DNA of 64,000 nucleotides, taken from contig CAZIFD010000002.1 in assembly GCA_964538685.1 (NCBI GenBank), positions 13,255-77,254 on the forward strand. Reading direction: 5' to 3'. The translations under genes and the position numbers were made by a program. Positions 34,776 to 43,304 of this stretch are shown here, piece by piece. The notes below the pieces were generated by a model, which worked only from the letters and a program-made list of their open reading frames with translations, was not told the DNA's origin and did no database searches. Position 1 is the stretch's first letter, and the number at the start of each line of letters is the position of its first letter. Source of the DNA: an uncultured Bdellovibrionales bacterium. Its GTDB lineage: Bacteria > Patescibacteriota > Minisyncoccia > Moranbacterales > UBA2206.

Positions 34776-36022
34776 TTTTCCATTTCCTCCAAAATAACCA
34801 GCTTGTCATTCCAGGGAATTCTTTCTTTGCCGACAGCCATCGTTTCCTCTGCCCCTTTTCCTGTTACCAAAACAAAATCGCCCGACTTGGCCAATTGTAA
34901 AGCTTTGGCAATCGCCTCCCGACGATCCATAATTTTCCAAAAATTTTCATTTTCTTTTTTCTTTTTGATTCCTACTGCCACCTCATTAATAATTTGCCAA
35001 GGATCTTCAAAAAAAGGATCCTCGTTAGTCAAAATAATATAATCTGTCGCTTCGTCTACAATCCCGCCCATTATCGGTCGTTTTCCCCTATCTCTCTCCC
35101 CACAAGATCCAAAAACCGCAAGCACCTTTCCTTGCCCCTTAATTTCTCCGACATACTCATAAAGTTTTTGGAGTGAATCCGGAGTTACTGCATAGTCAAT
35201 AATAATATTTATTCCCTGATTATTAGGCACGCTTTCCAATCTTCCCGGAACGCTCTTGATTTCACTCAAAGCTTCGGCAATATTTTTAAGTTTAATTCCT
35301 TCGCAAATTCCGACACAAGTTGCCGCCAAAGCATTTTCAATGTTGAATTTTCCCGGAAGTTGCAATCTAAATTCTTGCTTATCAACTTCAAATTCAGATC
35401 CGTCTGATCGCAATCTTATTTCCTTGGCTTGAAGAACTTTCAGTTTTATTTCCGGATTTTTTTCTGAAGTTGCATAACCATAGGCCTTTTCCATATTTTC
35501 GCTCAAAAAATCTTTCGGATTTTCAATATCCAAGTTAATAATCGCCACCTTGGATTTCCTGAATAATTTCAGTTTAGCAGAGCGATAGTTATCCATCGTC
35601 TTGTGATAATCTAAATGCTCACGAGTAATGTTAGTTATTACTGCTACATAAAAAGGAATGCCCCAAACCCGATTTTGATCCAAAGAATGAGATGACACTT
35701 CCAAAACCGCATATTCGCATTTTTTTCTAACGGCTTGGGTCAAAAATTTTTGAATACTCCAAGCGGAAAGAGTAGTAAATTTGGTTGTATTCACCCACTC
35801 TCTTTCTCCCAACTTAAAATTAATAGTTGAAGCCAACGCCACTTTCTTGCCGGATTTTTCCAAAATTTTGGTTATCATCTGACAAGTCGTGGTTTTGCCA
35901 TTGGTTCCCGTCACCCCAATCACTTTTATTTTTTTTCCCGGAAAAACAAAAAATAAACCAGCCCAAACCGCTTTTCCAAAATGATAAAAATTTTTTATAA
36001 ATTGCGGGATTATTTTTTTCAT
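34760..36022 (-). CDS. Mur ligase family protein (MurE-like UDP-N-acetylmuramoyl-tripeptide ligase)
   Basis: VIGVTGTNGKTTT (Mur ligase P-loop), central and C-terminal Mur ligase domains (DYAVTPDSL, LTNEDPFFEDP). 420 aa. Confidence 0.7.
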   Translation of the reverse strand: MKKIIPQFIKNFYHFGKAVWAGLFFVFPGKKIKVIGVTGTNGKTTTCQMITKILEKSGKKVALASTINFKLGEREWVNTTKFTTLSAWSIQKFLTQAVRKKCEYAVLEVSSHSLDQNRVWGIPFYVAVITNITREHLDYHKTMDNYRSAKLKLFRKSKVAIINLDIENPKDFLSENMEKAYGYATSEKNPEIKLKVLQAKEIRLRSDGSEFEVDKQEFRLQLPGKFNIENALAATCVGICEGIKLKNIAEALSEIKSVPGRLESVPNNQGINIIIDYAVTPDSLQKLYEYVGEIKGQGKVLAVFGSCGERDRGKRPIMGGIVDEATDYIILTNEDPFFEDPWQIINEVAVGIKKKKENENFWKIMDRREAIAKALQLAKSGDFVLVTGKGAEETMAVGKERIPWNDKLVILEEMEKRKSA

Positions 36023-36023
36023 T

Positions 36024-36965
36024 TTATTTTATTTTTTGAATCAATCTATATAAAAAATATTTTGGCGGATTTAAAACAAGATCATAACTTCCCAAATATT
36101 TTGTCGGTTCTGTGTTTTGGGAAAAACCCAGTTTAAACCGAGTAATTCCTTGCCAGTTGTTATTCTTGCTCTCAAGTTTAATCCCTCCAAAATCAAACTT
36201 ATTGCATCCCGCCTTTTTTGCGTCCAAAATCTCCCGCCATTTGAGAAGATGAGGAGCCATTACATTTCGGTATTCATCATCCGAAGCTCCGTGAAGATAA
36301 GTCGCTGTTTTTTTATAAAAAACAATCAGATCAGTTGCCACAATTTTCCCTTGATATTCTGCTATATATAATTTCAAAATGCCAACTGGGATTTGTTCAA
36401 ACATCTTTTGATAATACACATCTGGATGAGGAGTGATTCCCTGCCTTTTGGCCATTATTTTGGTAAGCCTCAAAAAATCGGAAAAATATTTATTATCTCT
36501 ATTTTCATAAGAATAACTTTTTATCAAAATCCCTTTCTTTTCGGCCAAACGAATATTATATCTGGTTTTTGATTTCATTTCGGCCAACAACACATCTTCC
36601 GATTTGTTTATGTTAATAATAAAAACTTCTTTCGGTTGCGTGTCATGAGGAGCTTTGATGATCTGAAAACTACTGCCATCTTTCAAAGACGCTAATGTTT
36701 TTTCATTATCAATATCCAGTCTAATCCAACCAACACCGTTTTTTCTAGCCAAATCGCAAACCCTTTCCAAAAAAATTTTTATTTCTCCTGAGTCAATATT
36801 TTTTTTGAAATAAATTCCTCTGGGAACATAAAAATACTTTCCAATAATCGGCAATTTATGCTCAACAATACTGGTTTCAAAATTTTCATCCTCCACAAAA
36901 AAAGTTTCCCGACCAACACTTGTCTGAAATTCTCTCCATTCTCTTGATTGCAAAAAGTCATTCAT
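36024..36965 (-). CDS. FemAB-family peptidoglycan bridge-forming aminoacyltransferase-like protein
   Basis: MNDFLQSREWREFQ... start and overall 313-aa architecture are typical of FemAB/GNAT-fold proteins. Adjacent to the Mur ligase gene. Confidence 0.6.
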   Translation of the reverse strand: MNDFLQSREWREFQTSVGRETFFVEDENFETSIVEHKLPIIGKYFYVPRGIYFKKNIDSGEIKIFLERVCDLARKNGVGWIRLDIDNEKTLASLKDGSSFQIIKAPHDTQPKEVFIININKSEDVLLAEMKSKTRYNIRLAEKKGILIKSYSYENRDNKYFSDFLRLTKIMAKRQGITPHPDVYYQKMFEQIPVGILKLYIAEYQGKIVATDLIVFYKKTATYLHGASDDEYRNVMAPHLLKWREILDAKKAGCNKFDFGGIKLESKNNNWQGITRFKLGFSQNTEPTKYLGSYDLVLNPPKYFLYRLIQKIK

Positions 36966-37537
36966 TATTTCTTTCCCAAACTTTTAAGAGCCAATCTTAT
37001 TTTTTGGCTAATATCTTTTGTGCTTTTTGGAACCAATTTCAAAGCTTCCCGTGCTTCGGTAATGTTGTACCCCATAGTCATCAAAGCTTCAATAGCATCC
37101 GAATCCGCCACAGCTTCATCTTTGTCATCATTTGAAATGTCTCCAACCTTATTCTGAAGCTCCAAAATAACCCGCTCCGCTGTCTTTTTTCCAATCCCCG
37201 ATACTTTAGTCAATATGGAGGAATCCTCGTTTAAAATAGCTGTTTTGATGGTTTTTGGAGTAGCAATGGTTAGTATTCCCAAGGCCGCCTTAGGACCAAT
37301 GCCACTTATGGAAATCAGAAGTTCAAACATTCCCAATTCTTCCAAACTCAAAAAACCATAGAGAGCCAGCGCATCTTCTCTAACATAAGTATAAGTAAAA
37401 AAACTCACCGACTCTTGACCGGAAATTTTTCCCAATGAATAACTGGTAAGATAAATTTTGTAGCCAATCCCCCCAACTTCAACTACTACATAGTTTTCTC
37501 TTATGTATTCAATTTTTCCGCTTATTTTGGCAATCAT
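36965..37537 (-). CDS. ruvA: Holliday junction branch-migration protein RuvA
   Basis: MIAKISGKIEYIRENYVVVEVGGIGYKIY... (OB domain), HhH motifs (LISISGIGPKAA; VSGIGKKTAERV), C-terminal domain. 190 aa. Confidence 0.85.
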   Translation of the reverse strand: MIAKISGKIEYIRENYVVVEVGGIGYKIYLTSYSLGKISGQESVSFFTYTYVREDALALYGFLSLEELGMFELLISISGIGPKAALGILTIATPKTIKTAILNEDSSILTKVSGIGKKTAERVILELQNKVGDISNDDKDEAVADSDAIEALMTMGYNITEAREALKLVPKSTKDISQKIRLALKSLGKK

Positions 37538-37597
37538 AATAATATTTTAGCACAAAATAAAAGCCCGGAGAAACCCGGGCTTAAAATATACGAAATA

Positions 37598-38332
37598 TTA
37601 TTCAGTTTTTTTTCTGGAAAAAAACCAAGCACCCAAAGTAATAGCAAAGATTAACAATAATCCAAAAATAATATTATTAAACATATTGCTCCCAGAATCA
37701 TCATCTTCCGCATCTAGAATCAATTGCTCATCTTCATTTGCTTCTTCCGTTTTATTTTGATCCTGAATTTGTTCTTCATTTCTTGGTTCTTCTTTTATTT
37801 CCTCCTCAACCGGTTGCGATTGAGCGGAAACAGGAGAAACTGTTTCTGTTTTAGTTTCTTTAGTCAACACTTTAGCTGTTGCCGGTTTTGGTCTATAGGC
37901 AATCTTTATAGCGTAAGGAGAAGAACTTTTGCCAGAATATTTTACATTTCCAGCTTCATCTTCAGCTTTGATGTAATATTCCAAGGTTCCAGCTTTCACA
38001 GGAGCAGTAAGAGAGGTTCTATAAACCCGACTTTTATTATTTTTCATTTTTCTGCTTCGCCACTCACCACCATCAATTCGGTATCTCAATTTTACACTGT
38101 CAACTCCGGAATCGGAATCTTTCACTGTAGCAGAAAACTTTATTTCTTCTCCAATATAAGCCAAGTTGATTTGAGCATGTTTAATGCTGGGATCCTTTTT
38201 ATCAGTAGCAGTTCCGCCATATCCGGCCAAAACCAAGCTTCCAATGGTACCATTAGGACTAAAAATTCCGGAAAAAAGACTTAATAGAGCAATAAAAATC
38301 ACACTTAAAACCATTATTCTTCCCTTTTTCAT
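37598..38332 (-). CDS. Secreted, C-terminally anchored surface protein with an Ig-like domain and an acidic low-complexity linker
   Basis: Signal peptide, Ig-like domain, E/Q-rich linker, C-terminal TM (FGLLLIFAITLGAWFF) + RKK tail. Confidence 0.4.
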   Translation of the reverse strand: MKKGRIMVLSVIFIALLSLFSGIFSPNGTIGSLVLAGYGGTATDKKDPSIKHAQINLAYIGEEIKFSATVKDSDSGVDSVKLRYRIDGGEWRSRKMKNNKSRVYRTSLTAPVKAGTLEYYIKAEDEAGNVKYSGKSSSPYAIKIAYRPKPATAKVLTKETKTETVSPVSAQSQPVEEEIKEEPRNEEQIQDQNKTEEANEDEQLILDAEDDDSGSNMFNNIIFGLLLIFAITLGAWFFSRKKTE

Positions 38333-38448
38333 ATTTTTTTACTTACTTATTATATGTTTAATTCTCACAATTTTGATTAGTAAATGATTGTAGCCTGTTT
38401 TTGCTTCTGTTGTCAAGTAAAAAAGACTTTTTTGTTTTCTTGAAAAGT

Positions 38449-40140
38449 TTAGCGAACACTATAAACACTCAATCCGTTTTCTTCAAATATTTTTTTCAAT
38501 TTTTGAGAATTAAGAAATTCATAGTTGAAATTATCCTTTCCAATCAGATCATGAGAAAAAATTATATAACCAATATTATATTTTTTCATACTATTAATTA
38601 TTTCATCTTGCTCCAGTTCGCTACTTTTTTGAATTAATTCCTGAATTTCAAAAACATTATCTTCTTTGGCAATAGTATTGCCGTCATTATTTTTTAGGAG
38701 TTCCATATCTAAACTTGAAACTATTTGTTTCCCGAAAAATCTTCCAGCTGGATTAACACTTAAAATATTATTATTAAAACCCAAAGAATAATATTGATGC
38801 CAAGGAAGAAATAATGTTTTTTTATTAAATCCATCTTCCTGAATTATATTTTTAGCCTTTGCCCAACTCTCTGGATAGAAAACCGGCCGAAGCTGACCCC
38901 AAAATCCTCCCAACATCAGATGCATACCCGAAACTAAAAACAGTAAAATAATAAAACCAATAAAATCTTCCCAAAACTGCCTTGCCTTTATTTTTATTTT
39001 TTGACTCAGAAAATCCAAGATCACAGAAACACCTAAAGACAGGAAAAACGAATAAGCAAAAACCAAAAAAGCCGAAATTTTATTGGTATCTCTAAGCCCT
39101 CGCCAAAAATACAAATTCTCAAATATCCACCGATTAACTCCCTGAAACACGGACTCTCCAAGTCCGCAGGAAAAAACAAAAGAAGTTGTCCCTAAAAGCA
39201 AAAATATGCTTGTTATATTTTTATTGTTTTTTAATCCCCTGAAAATACCCAAAACGAGAAGGATAAAAAGTCCCCAAAAATAACTCCAAGCCACAAACCG
39301 ATTATCAGTTATCCATAAAAATTGCTTAGACCAAGGCTTATCTTCTCCCCAGAATCCCCGAAGAGTCGCAACTCTGAGCAAAGTTTCACCATTATTTTTG
39401 CCTGCAGTTGAAAAAGCTTCCCAATGACTTTGGTCAAATTGTTGAACGATAAATCCATTAAGATTAATTAAATTGGGAATTATCCAAAATCCGCCAAATA
39501 TAAGAAAAACCAAAAAACCAATTGAAAAAATTTTAATAAAACTGATAATTTTTTTCGCATTTTTGGAAAATAACAACCTAACTAAAATCACCAAGGCTTC
39601 AATTAAAAAAATAATTAATGCGAGAGCCAATAGATGCAAAGAAAAAAAACTAATCAATAATAACCAAAAAAATATTTTTAACAAATCTTTTCTCTCCATT
39701 TTTCTCGCATACCTAAAAAGATAATAAAAAAGCGGAGGAATAAAAGCATAAGCGAAAAGTAACATCCAATGTCCGGCTAAAAACCTGGTATACACAAAAG
39801 GATTGAATAAATAAAAAAATGCCCCGGCATATCGAGAAAAAGAATTGTTTCTAAAAAAAGAATATTTCCAAGCCAGATAACCAATTAAAAAGAAAAGCGC
39901 AATTAAAATTAATTTTTGCACCAACCAAATCGGCATCAAAAATCCTAAAAATTTAATCAAACATAAAATTGGCAATAAATTATAGGAGCTCGGGCTATCA
40001 ATCCAGACACCCATATCCGGAGCAAAAGACATATCCATAGTTAAAATATAACCAGGTAAAATCATTTTTCCCAAAATTAACAATGAGATCGCCAAAAACA
40101 GCCAGCACTCAAATTTTATTTTTTTAAAAAAGATTTTCAT
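38449..40140 (-). CDS. Polytopic membrane protein (possible GT-C-type glycosyltransferase)
   Basis: At least 12 predicted TM helices followed by a C-terminal soluble domain. 563 aa. Confidence 0.35.
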   Translation of the reverse strand: MKIFFKKIKFECWLFLAISLLILGKMILPGYILTMDMSFAPDMGVWIDSPSSYNLLPILCLIKFLGFLMPIWLVQKLILIALFFLIGYLAWKYSFFRNNSFSRYAGAFFYLFNPFVYTRFLAGHWMLLFAYAFIPPLFYYLFRYARKMERKDLLKIFFWLLLISFFSLHLLALALIIFLIEALVILVRLLFSKNAKKIISFIKIFSIGFLVFLIFGGFWIIPNLINLNGFIVQQFDQSHWEAFSTAGKNNGETLLRVATLRGFWGEDKPWSKQFLWITDNRFVAWSYFWGLFILLVLGIFRGLKNNKNITSIFLLLGTTSFVFSCGLGESVFQGVNRWIFENLYFWRGLRDTNKISAFLVFAYSFFLSLGVSVILDFLSQKIKIKARQFWEDFIGFIILLFLVSGMHLMLGGFWGQLRPVFYPESWAKAKNIIQEDGFNKKTLFLPWHQYYSLGFNNNILSVNPAGRFFGKQIVSSLDMELLKNNDGNTIAKEDNVFEIQELIQKSSELEQDEIINSMKKYNIGYIIFSHDLIGKDNFNYEFLNSQKLKKIFEENGLSVYSVR

Positions 40141-40963
40141 TTTTTCTTCTTAATTGTCTTTCTCTAGACTTTATTATTGTGCCAGCCATAATCACATTAT
40201 TTATGAAAATATCAATAATTTCCTTTTTTCTCTTTTGAATCTCCATTTCTTCCTGACTTATTTTTTGTTTAAAAAATGACTCCTGCTTGTCTGGTTTAAA
40301 GATTATTCTTGCCTTTTTGTTTTTATTATGATTAAAAAATACCTTGACTAATTGAACAGCCCTAATTTTGATGCTAATTGCAAAATTATTCACCAAAAAT
40401 TTAAATTTTTTAATAATATCAAGCCGAAAAACAAAGCTGGTTCTGATTATATTTTTAATTAGTAGGGATTTATTAATCTTTTGTCCCACCGCCCCTTCAC
40501 TAATTTTTTCCGGAACTTTGGAAAAAATCTCTTTCTCGCAAAAAATTTCTCTCGCTCTGAGAAAAAGGGTCATACTAAAAAAATAAAAAGCTAAAATAGA
40601 CATCTTTTCGGCAATTTCCTCATAATTCAACATCAAAAACAAAGGCGAGAGTAAAATTGAAAATATTCCCAAAAAAGAAACTACTTTTATTTCCCACTGA
40701 AAAAAAAAGAAACAAAGAAAAATCATCAATAAAAATGTTTTTTCAAATCCAAGCCAAATAAAAATCAAACTTAGAATAACCAAGGCCAGTATGCTTCCAT
40801 TTTTATGTTTTTTAAAATCTAACTCTGCTCTGTCAAAAGCCGAATTTATTTTTGAAATAACCAAGGAATAAAATTCGTTTACTCTGAGTTTGATTTGTTG
40901 ATTTATTTTTTTCATCTTAAATTTAGTTTTAATCAGAAATAACAGGCTCTTCTTTGTTTTCAT
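40124..40963 (-). CDS. Hypothetical membrane protein
   Basis: Several hydrophobic helices. Overlaps neighbouring genes at both ends. No motif recognised. Confidence 0.3.
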   Translation of the reverse strand: MKTKKSLLFLIKTKFKMKKINQQIKLRVNEFYSLVISKINSAFDRAELDFKKHKNGSILALVILSLIFIWLGFEKTFLLMIFLCFFFFQWEIKVVSFLGIFSILLSPLFLMLNYEEIAEKMSILAFYFFSMTLFLRAREIFCEKEIFSKVPEKISEGAVGQKINKSLLIKNIIRTSFVFRLDIIKKFKFLVNNFAISIKIRAVQLVKVFFNHNKNKKARIIFKPDKQESFFKQKISQEEMEIQKRKKEIIDIFINNVIMAGTIIKSRERQLRRKNENLF

Positions 40964-43289
40964 TTGATTTTTTAATTTTCCTCCCTTGCCAACGGATAAA
41001 TTTATAAATCAACCAAAAAACTAACAAACAAGCCACCCAAACAACGAAACAAACAAGTTTATACCATTCATTTTGCAAAATCAATTGAATTTCAAAGCTT
41101 CCGTCCTGATTTTTTTGACATAATCCTTTGGCAAAACACAAATCATCCACACTCACAATCCACGCATTGGCATAGTTGTTCCAACGAAAATGAGCTTTCT
41201 CTGAAATCGGTTTATTAAAAATATTTCCGGAAAATGACAAGCTTCCCAAATTATCATTTCTAATTGAATCATCCACTTTTTTTGATATAAATCCCGAACC
41301 AACTTGAGAAATCAATCCTTCTTCCAAAAACCGACTGACCTCTTCCAATGAAGCCTGGCGATTATATTCTTTTTCTGAGACAGTATAATCATTTAAATTA
41401 GTCAGATTGTCTGCAAAAAAATCACTTTTTTTCGGATAAACTTTCCATGAATCGTTATATTTTTCTGAAGAAAAAATCAATAAGTTGTTTTTGGCGCCAT
41501 GGATTATTATTTCTGTTTGAAATTTATTTAATGGATTATATTCAACTGAGGAAAAGTTTTTTATATTTTGAGTCTCAGTAGAAGAAAACAAATAATAGTT
41601 TTCAATATTCTTTGGGGCATATTCGGTCAAACGAACATTGTCGTATAAATTCTCAACTTCCTTGTTGCCATTTGAAAGAGCATAAAAGAATATTTGAATG
41701 GAATTGAAATCATTATTTTTTGAATTAATTACTACTTCCAATTCATTCCAATTATTATCATCCACATCCAAAAACTCACTGCTTTTTTTGATTATTTCTC
41801 CATTTTTATTTTCCAATTGGTAGTAATATCCAATCTCTCCTCCTTTTTTGCTTTTATAATTGAAACTTAATTTATAAAGTTTTTCATTGTCAGGATTAAC
41901 GGAAAATTTCTTATTGGTGCAAGCATTGTGATTAGCAGAAGCAATTCTAAGCGAATGCGATCCCAAAAAAGCTTCTTCCGATAAATCCATTGAAAAATCT
42001 GAATTGCCAGGCATCTCTTTGTTGCAATCATAAGGACGGCTAGTCCACAAACCATTTTCAAAAGAAGCATCTTCAGTATTTAATAAATTTTTTTCAGAAG
42101 ATTCAAATTTTAATTCATTCTCACCCAAAACCAATGAAATATTGTCGGCCAATTTTAAACTTTCTTCGGTTATGGAAGTTCTTTCAATTTTTAGAGTGCC
42201 TTGTTGGGAATAAGCTTCCAACTCAACATTGTCATACAGATTTTCCACTTTTTGATTCTCTTCCGATGGAGCATAAAAAAATATTTGCACGGCAGAAAAT
42301 TCTTTAGGTTGGAAAACTTTTTCAAAATGCTTCCAATTGGAATCAAGTGGCTTAAAAAATTCGCTCTCTTGAAAAATATTCTCTCCGTTTTCACCTAAAA
42401 AAGCTATAAAATAACCCACTTTTGATCCCGCTAATGCCTTGTAATCAAAAGAAAGTTTATAAACAGCTTCTTGTCCGCCTTTGAGGTTGAACTTTTTGCC
42501 AACACAAGCATTATGGTTTTCTGATCTTAGCAACATAGATCTTTTGCCTTGGGTGGAATCTGAAGAAAATCCCGTATAAATTTTGGCTTCTCCGGGAGAA
42601 TTTTTGCTACAATCAAAAGCCTTCCTTGACCAAAGTGAATTTTCAAAAGAAGAAGAATTTTCATCTAAAAGATTTTTTCCCGATAATCTGAAAATACTAG
42701 CTTCAGAATTTTCCAATGCTTCATAAGAAAGGAGATTATTATCACCAAAGTTATCAAGATTAAAAAGATGGCTTTCTCCTATTTTGAGAATAGATTCATT
42801 ACTCAAACCACTAATTGAAAAAAGTGATTTGTCAGAAGTAGAAACATTTTGTTTTCCAATTTGAAAATTATTTTTAGAAAATACAAAGTTAATTCTTTGA
42901 TCTGTCGGATTATAAACAGCCTTCAAGAGACTTTCCTTTTCAATTTTTTGAAACAAAGAAAATTTATTTTCTAAACCGTATTCATTTCTGAAAATATATT
43001 TTTTATCCTCATTAATCTCCAGTGGCAAAAAAATATCCCTAGTCATTTCCAAAAGACCAGTAAAATTTTTCTTTTCATCCGAATAATCTGATTTCGCAAC
43101 TGAAAAACCGCCTTTTTGATCTAAAATTGACTCACCACTAGAAAGCAAAACGGTTTCAACAAAATTTTTTCCACCAATCAAAAGATTCTCCTTTTTAAAC
43201 AAGAATGTAATAAAAAGACTTAAAATCAAGATTATTAAGAATAAGCTACCCGCAATTATTTTAAACCATTTTTTACTGATATTTTTCAT
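40929..43289 (-). CDS. Large membrane-anchored surface protein with two tandem ~160-aa repeat domains (carbohydrate-binding-like)
   Basis: N- and C-terminal TM segments. Internal repeats: NLLDENSSSFENSLWSRKAFDCS...ENLYDNVELEAY and NLLNTEDASFENGLWTSRPYDCN...ENLYDNVRLTEY. Confidence 0.5.
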   Translation of the reverse strand: MKNISKKWFKIIAGSLFLIILILSLFITFLFKKENLLIGGKNFVETVLLSSGESILDQKGGFSVAKSDYSDEKKNFTGLLEMTRDIFLPLEINEDKKYIFRNEYGLENKFSLFQKIEKESLLKAVYNPTDQRINFVFSKNNFQIGKQNVSTSDKSLFSISGLSNESILKIGESHLFNLDNFGDNNLLSYEALENSEASIFRLSGKNLLDENSSSFENSLWSRKAFDCSKNSPGEAKIYTGFSSDSTQGKRSMLLRSENHNACVGKKFNLKGGQEAVYKLSFDYKALAGSKVGYFIAFLGENGENIFQESEFFKPLDSNWKHFEKVFQPKEFSAVQIFFYAPSEENQKVENLYDNVELEAYSQQGTLKIERTSITEESLKLADNISLVLGENELKFESSEKNLLNTEDASFENGLWTSRPYDCNKEMPGNSDFSMDLSEEAFLGSHSLRIASANHNACTNKKFSVNPDNEKLYKLSFNYKSKKGGEIGYYYQLENKNGEIIKKSSEFLDVDDNNWNELEVVINSKNNDFNSIQIFFYALSNGNKEVENLYDNVRLTEYAPKNIENYYLFSSTETQNIKNFSSVEYNPLNKFQTEIIIHGAKNNLLIFSSEKYNDSWKVYPKKSDFFADNLTNLNDYTVSEKEYNRQASLEEVSRFLEEGLISQVGSGFISKKVDDSIRNDNLGSLSFSGNIFNKPISEKAHFRWNNYANAWIVSVDDLCFAKGLCQKNQDGSFEIQLILQNEWYKLVCFVVWVACLLVFWLIYKFIRWQGRKIKKSNENKEEPVISD

Positions 43290-43304
43290 AAATTTATCCT
43301 TAAG

